The notes beneath the pieces were generated by a model, which saw only the letters and a list, made by a program, of their open reading frames with translations, made no database searches and was not told where the DNA came from. 64,000 nt of DNA from a virus (Duplodnaviria > Caudoviricetes): positions 1,024 through 65,023 of IMG/VR virus record IMGVR_UViG_3300044712_000179; one strand, given 5' to 3'. A program made the translations under genes and the position numbers. Below, one piece after another: positions 59,366-64,000 of this stretch. Within the stretch, counting starts at the first letter, position 1, and each line of letters begins with the position of its first letter.

Positions 59366-59999
59366 TTGTTATATTGAATTGTCGTTTTGTGAATTTATCT
59401 ATCTTATTGAACAGATCTAAACCAGTAGCGGTTAATGCAAATTGCTTTATCTTGTTATCGGTATTGACTGCTACTACAAAATTACGCTTTCTAAAATAAG
59501 TGGATAATTTATAGAAGCTGTATTTAGAATTAGGATTATCTGCAACATAATCCTTGCGCGTAAAGAAGGTGTATCTACCAGCCCATAATATGAATGCACA
59601 TCTACCTAAATCCAGCTCAAGTATGGTTGTTACATTATCTACCTGAAGTAAGAATTCGTACATCTTGATAACAGAATATTCTCTTACCCTTACCTTGCCC
59701 TTACCCTTCTCAAATCCTTCTCTCTTTGCCTGAGCCTTTGCCCTATTAATGAACCATTGAAGTCTAGCGATGTGCTTTTCCTTGATATAAATCTTTCTAT
59801 TAGCTTTATACAGCTTATACTTCAGTTTATTATATACCTCGTTCTTATGCTTTCTAAGTTTAGCCCTGTCTTCCTTATGCTTTGAATTAGTATGCCTTAC
59901 CCTCTTTAATTCCTTTTGAGTTTTAATGTACGCTTCATATATCTCTTCCTTAGTAGCGTCTTTGGTTATATAGGCAATCCCTTCGCTTCTTTTACGCAT
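59358..59999 (-). CDS. Basic coiled-coil protein with possible C-terminal wHTH
   Basis: Lys-rich N-half; FALT.TG. Confidence 0.55.
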   Translation of the reverse strand: MRKRSEGIAYITKDATKEEIYEAYIKTQKELKRVRHTNSKHKEDRAKLRKHKNEVYNKLKYKLYKANRKIYIKEKHIARLQWFINRAKAQAKREGFEKGKGKVRVREYSVIKMYEFLLQVDNVTTILELDLGRCAFILWAGRYTFFTRKDYVADNPNSKYSFYKLSTYFRKRNFVVAVNTDNKIKQFALTATGLDLFNKIDKFTKRQFNITNE

Positions 60000-60000
60000 A

Positions 60001-60291
60001 CTACAGCAATTCCTCTATTAAAGGTTTTCTTCTTGACTTATCTTTTGACTCATCTCCTGATAGAGAATTATCTATCTTTAACTTCTTCATAACATCATTG
60101 ATATCTCCAACGCTATTGAAGAACTTCATAACCCTCTCCATAGTTCCATCATCCTTATCGGCTAAGTCTAGTTTAGATAGGTTACTATTGTTTAATAGTG
60201 TCGTAATCTCATTGAGCTTCCTATTAAGCGCATAATACGCACCAACAATGCCATCTTGCTCATATAGTGCTAATTTCTCTTTATCTGTCAT
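60001..60291 (-). CDS. Hypothetical protein (terminase small subunit candidate)
   Basis: Small helical protein upstream of terL; positional inference only. Confidence 0.45.
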   Translation of the reverse strand: MTDKEKLALYEQDGIVGAYYALNRKLNEITTLLNNSNLSKLDLADKDDGTMERVMKFFNSVGDINDVMKKLKIDNSLSGDESKDKSRRKPLIEELL

Positions 60292-60896
60292 AATATCTCT
60301 TTAGCTAAACAATCTGAATACTTCAATCTAATTAGCTTCTTATGCTGACCATTCACTACGTGCGTCATTTCATAGTCTGAGTATTTGTATACAACAGCTA
60401 TATCTCCCACCTCGAAATCTGTAATAGATTGTGGCTTTCCTAATATCTTTAATTTGTTTGGGATTTGCTTTGGTTCACTCACTAGGATAATTCCAGCTGG
60501 AGACACAGGCTCTTCTTCATACAGCCTTTCTGCTAACATATATCCATCTACACAGATGACATCATCTTCATCTACTCCAAAGTATAGGAAGTTCTCATCT
60601 ACTGCAAATATCTTTTTGCCAGTAGGTGTATCTGGGTAATCTACCTCATTCTCCTCTCCTGTACTATTGTGATGAATTAAGACTTTTGTACCAGCGGTAA
60701 GATTCTTGTAATCTGTTAGTAAAGTTCCCTGAGTAAATCCAGTTACTCTACCATCCCAAGAATAGTCAATAGAAACTTCTAATGTGAGTGTCTTACCTTC
60801 TCCTAAATTTAAAGCGTGTTCTCTTTTTTCTTGTGGGTCTACTAAGACAATAACACGCCTACCCACAGGCTTAATCTTGTTGTATAATGCTTTCAT
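60288..60896 (-). CDS. GroES-like co-chaperonin protein, apparently two domains
   Basis: IKPVGRRVIV, SPAGIIL, EVGD.AV. Confidence 0.6.
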   Translation of the reverse strand: MKALYNKIKPVGRRVIVLVDPQEKREHALNLGEGKTLTLEVSIDYSWDGRVTGFTQGTLLTDYKNLTAGTKVLIHHNSTGEENEVDYPDTPTGKKIFAVDENFLYFGVDEDDVICVDGYMLAERLYEEEPVSPAGIILVSEPKQIPNKLKILGKPQSITDFEVGDIAVVYKYSDYEMTHVVNGQHKKLIRLKYSDCLAKEIL

Positions 60897-60944
60897 TGGT
60901 TAAATGTATACGCAAATATACGTATATATCTTTATCCGTATCCG

Positions 60945-61250
60945 CTATTTGAATCGCCCTCCCTTGCCTGAACTTTTACCTGAACGATATACTTGAGAAC
61001 TCTTAGACCATAGATGATGATACGCCCACCATCCAGCAGTTAACTTAGATGAGTTAGCTTCTTTAGCGTGACGCTTACGATATTGTTGTCTAGCTTCAGG
61101 ACTATAGTTAGAAGAATAACCTTTAGCACCAAATCTTACGATGCGCACTTTGTCTCCTTCCTTTGCTAATACTACTTTCTTATGAACACCATCTGATGCA
61201 TTTTTTGGCTTATTATAGCCTGCAAACTTTTCACCACGATACTCTATCAT
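60945..61250 (-). CDS. Small basic phage protein
   Basis: GYNKPK..HKKVVLAK..VRFG..R.RH..W. Confidence 0.7.
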   Translation of the reverse strand: MIEYRGEKFAGYNKPKNASDGVHKKVVLAKEGDKVRIVRFGAKGYSSNYSPEARQQYRKRHAKEANSSKLTAGWWAYHHLWSKSSQVYRSGKSSGKGGRFK

Positions 61251-61636
61251 TATCTATATTTTTTAGCAATCTTAGCTATGCCAGATGGCTGTTTAACAAA
61301 TTGTTTTCCTTGACTGCTACCTTTTGCCTTTGCTCTATTTGTTGCTGCTCTTTGAGCTGGACTCAACGCCTTCCAAGCTGCTGCTGGTAAATATCTTCTT
61401 TTACCTTCAGATGGTTTACCTGAAGATGTAGTCCACTTTTGTTTAGTCCATTTAGATAAAGAGTTGCTTGATGATTTAGCTCCTCTATATCCACCACCAG
61501 CCTTCTTATACATTGCTACAGCTAACTGAGCTTTACGAGCACTCCACTGACCAGAATTACCACCCTTGCTTCCAGACTTTACTCTAGATACAATGGTCTT
61601 CCATAATGCTGGTTTTGTTTTTTGTGCTGTACTCAT
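61250..61636 (-). CDS. DUF5872-like basic protein
   Basis: GQWSARKAQL, WTKQKW, RYLP. Confidence 0.75.
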   Translation of the reverse strand: MSTAQKTKPALWKTIVSRVKSGSKGGNSGQWSARKAQLAVAMYKKAGGGYRGAKSSSNSLSKWTKQKWTTSSGKPSEGKRRYLPAAAWKALSPAQRAATNRAKAKGSSQGKQFVKQPSGIAKIAKKYR

Positions 61637-61640
61637 ACAC

Positions 61641-62486
61641 CTATTGTAATGCTTTTCTTAATTTAGGATCAGCCATTAATAATGCTCTTGTAGCAGCTAC
61701 TTCTGCTGGATATGTTTTAGACCCCGGATTGTATCCAGCTACTCCTCTCTTAGACAAGAAAGCCGCAGCTAAGTCTAATACAGTTGAATTCTTTGGAAGC
61801 CCTTTTGTTTTATTTTTGATATAGTCTTTATATTCAGCTAATATATTCTCTTTGCCTTCTAATGACTTTAATGCTAGCTTTGGATCACTCACATAAAAAT
61901 CACCACTCTTCTTATCAGATGATATACCCTTAACACCCTTATCTGCTAAATATCTGTATACATCTTTAGGCATATATTCATCAGCCACATCCCATCCAGA
62001 AGTCATTTGTTGTTGAGTGGGTTGTCTTGTAAATCCTCCTGACTTAGACTGCTCTTGAGCCACAGTAGATTCTTGAGCGATATTCGTCATTAAATCCATT
62101 GGAGGAAGTTTCTTTGTTTTCTTAGCAGAAGCTATAACATCATTCACTAGTTCTGTAGGTATTTTAACACCAGCTAGTTTACCCTTAGACAGCACAGTAA
62201 ACGGATTGGCATTTAAATCATATCTCTTATTCATCGTAGACAATGTATCTAATTTAGCATTAGACAATTGTTGATACGCATTCATCTGGTCAGATATCTT
62301 ACCTTCTAACGCTAACATATCTGGATCTCCACCTTCAGCAGGTTTACCAAACTGAACTCTCTTTGTTTTGTTTACATTAGGGTCAAATCTATTGATATCA
62401 GCAGCTCTTGCAGCAGCTTTATTCTTAGCAGCTCTATTAGCCATAAAGGCTATAATCTGTGGTAAGTTATTTAAAATTGGATTCAT
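61641..62486 (-). CDS. Putative lytic transglycosylase (SLT-like) protein
   Basis: I.SAK..LPP..L.TNIAQES and GYNPG..Y motifs. Confidence 0.5.
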   Translation of the reverse strand: MNPILNNLPQIIAFMANRAAKNKAAARAADINRFDPNVNKTKRVQFGKPAEGGDPDMLALEGKISDQMNAYQQLSNAKLDTLSTMNKRYDLNANPFTVLSKGKLAGVKIPTELVNDVIASAKKTKKLPPMDLMTNIAQESTVAQEQSKSGGFTRQPTQQQMTSGWDVADEYMPKDVYRYLADKGVKGISSDKKSGDFYVSDPKLALKSLEGKENILAEYKDYIKNKTKGLPKNSTVLDLAAAFLSKRGVAGYNPGSKTYPAEVAATRALLMADPKLRKALQ

Positions 62487-62605
62487 CGACCTTGCCCCCT
62501 ATATGCCTTTGGTTTGGGACTGTGCTTGTTGTATGACTTCTTTGCAGAGCCACACTTCCTTTTCCCAAAGTTTTGTTTATTGCTGTTAGTAGATTGTTTT
62601 GCCAT
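62483..62605 (-). CDS. 40-aa basic protein ending YRGQGR (not in ORF track)
   Basis: MAKQSTNS...KAYRGQGR; ATGA overlap; TACTTTTG box 5 nt upstream. Confidence 0.7.
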   Translation of the reverse strand: MAKQSTNSNKQNFGKRKCGSAKKSYNKHSPKPKAYRGQGR

Positions 62606-62619
62606 AGACACAAAAGTAA

Positions 62620-63240
62620 CTATTTCTTAGAATAATATTTCAGTATGTGTTCTTGCATATCTTTAGGTACATTTCTATAAGACTTCCTGAATTTCTTAGG
62701 AGCCATCTTAGCAAGCACCATATCAGAATAGATGCCTGTAGGAAAACGCTTTATCTGAGGAAGCATATGGTAACTATATAGGTAAGTGTTAGCCTTCTGT
62801 ATATAAGGAGCTATAGGTATAGGCAAATCCCACTTCCTAATCTTTTCTACAGCCCTCATTTCACAATCTCTCTCCATCTCCACCATATCATCCAAAATAG
62901 CCAACAGCTGTTTATTATTCAACATAATATCTCCTGCTAGCCAATCCCAAGTCTTACCTGTAGAATCATTCCACTTAGACCACCTCTCATCTGACTTCCA
63001 CTGCTCCATATGAGAGAACTCGTGCACCAGTATCTCAAACCAATCCTTGAATGGTTTACCACACGCCACTACGATAGCCTTGTCCACATCACAGAAATAA
63101 CCGCTACATTCCTGTAAGAAATCATCTGTTAATACAACTTGTTTAGATGGAGATAATACTAACTCTATACCATATGCCTTGCATTGACGCTTTACAGACG
63201 AAATGAAGGGCTTATACTCTTCGGGAATGTTATACCTCAT
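62620..63240 (-). CDS. HEXXH metallopeptidase-like protein
   Basis: LVHEFSH..Q plus downstream E; start likely 63240. Confidence 0.7.
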   Translation of the reverse strand: MRYNIPEEYKPFISSVKRQCKAYGIELVLSPSKQVVLTDDFLQECSGYFCDVDKAIVVACGKPFKDWFEILVHEFSHMEQWKSDERWSKWNDSTGKTWDWLAGDIMLNNKQLLAILDDMVEMERDCEMRAVEKIRKWDLPIPIAPYIQKANTYLYSYHMLPQIKRFPTGIYSDMVLAKMAPKKFRKSYRNVPKDMQEHILKYYSKK

Positions 63241-63269
63241 ACAGACCAATTTAGAGGCAAATTTAAGCC

Positions 63270-63734
63270 TTATTTTGACTGCATTAATCTTATCCTATTC
63301 CCATTGAAGAAGATGTTTGGGTTAATCCAGAACTCTATCGTAGAACCTAGCTTCTGAGCTATAACCTGAGCCTCTATCAACTCGCATATAGCACTTCTTA
63401 CTGTAGCATCAGAGGCGAACCCTGTAACAGCCTTAACATCTGGAGTATGAAATATGACAACTTTGCTAAGCGGTCTTATACTACACATACCGTACATTAA
63501 TATTTTTAAGGCAGATCCAGATAGCTTCATTAGTGTATCCCTTCCATCTACGAACAGCTTAGTATATACCATAGAGTCGTTGATCACCCTCTTATTCTTA
63601 CTTATCTTCTTGGCTACATATAGGTCTCCATTCTGGGTTTCCCATAAGTTTTCATCTTCTTTGGTTATATACTGCTTTTCAGAAATACCCTCTATTTTAA
63701 AGGGGCTGTTTAGGTACGATTCGTACTTTTTCAT
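63270..63734 (-). CDS. RepL-like winged-HTH protein
   Basis: YTKLF, TV..AI.EL, FWINPNIFFNGNR; start likely 63734. Confidence 0.7.
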   Translation of the reverse strand: MKKYESYLNSPFKIEGISEKQYITKEDENLWETQNGDLYVAKKISKNKRVINDSMVYTKLFVDGRDTLMKLSGSALKILMYGMCSIRPLSKVVIFHTPDVKAVTGFASDATVRSAICELIEAQVIAQKLGSTIEFWINPNIFFNGNRIRLMQSK

Positions 63735-64000
63735 ATCTTTGGTTTTTGGTTTTAGAGAACACAAATATATGCATTTTCAAGGTTAAAATCTAGAAAGTGC
63801 ATATTTTTTTGTACTCAAATTGAAAAACTATATTTGATTATCAGTGAGTTATGAGATTTCCTTCTTATATATATTATATATAGAATCTCTGTTCTTTCAT
63901 AAAGTCTATTATTTCATAAAGTATATTCTTTCAGAATACCCTTATTTCTTTTTAGGTGTATGGGTGTGTGGGTGTAATCACCCCACCCACCCCAAAGCCC

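Larger units (their letters stand above)
24799..63769 (-). promoter_or_regulatory. Set of 14 TAnnTTTG-type -7 boxes in front of late genes
   Basis: Boxes at about 24799, 28468, 29797 (TAATTTTA), 35839, 41700, 47508, 51334, 52352, 54980, 57323, 60913, 62611, 63258, 63762, each shortly upstream of an ATG. Confidence 0.75.
1..64000. mobile_element. Near-complete Bacteroidota dsDNA phage genome with crAss-like podoviral structural module
   Basis: Terminase-portal-scaffold-capsid-tail-lysis block on - strand, dense small early ORFs and replication genes on + strand, Bacteroidota-type promoters, no host housekeeping genes. Confidence 0.93.

Noticed and set aside
27238-63786. Many + strand ORFs in the structural arm (e.g. 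36114..36446, 38406..38921, 32664..33089)
   Set aside because: Antisense shadows of long - strand genes, S/L/F-rich composition, no start context or motifs
1-64000. Genome-wide TAG or TGA stop-codon reassignment
   Set aside because: Long genes are intact under the standard code and TAG ends genes at plausible positions (4323, 17955, 18329); only one internal TGA was seen, and it accompanies a frameshift
1-64000. Prophage boundaries or lysogeny module
   Set aside because: No integrase, repressor pair or flanking host genes recognised

Overview
The window is most of a bacteriophage genome with two convergent arms. The host is inferred to be a Bacteroidota bacterium from many TTTG-N19-21-TAnnTTTG promoters and A-rich, SD-less start contexts. 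The + arm (1-24.6 kb) holds early and replication genes: structured non-coding regions, an amidoligase + class II glutamine amidotransferase pair, a tandem paralog array, a cassette-like small-ORF region, ERF, a DUF3799 nuclease, a primase-helicase with an Ala-initiated class 3-type intein, phosphoesterases, a Tad2-like DUF2829 protein and an atypical tRNA. The - arm (24.6-63.8 kb) holds a crAss-like podovirus structural module (terminase, portal, scaffold, capsid, ring proteins, muzzle-like protein, large internal proteins, S74-chaperone fibres) and lysis genes. I recognised no DNA/RNA polymerase or integrase. The most unusual signal is an apparently split tail muzzle gene whose N-terminal ~57-aa module is encoded separately in two versions, one bare and one fused to a Cys-rich repeat protein. 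Other candidates are a kissing-loop terminator RNA, a possible 5-nt ribosomal hop, and conserved cassette junctions. All family calls come from motif recognition by eye; no searches were run.
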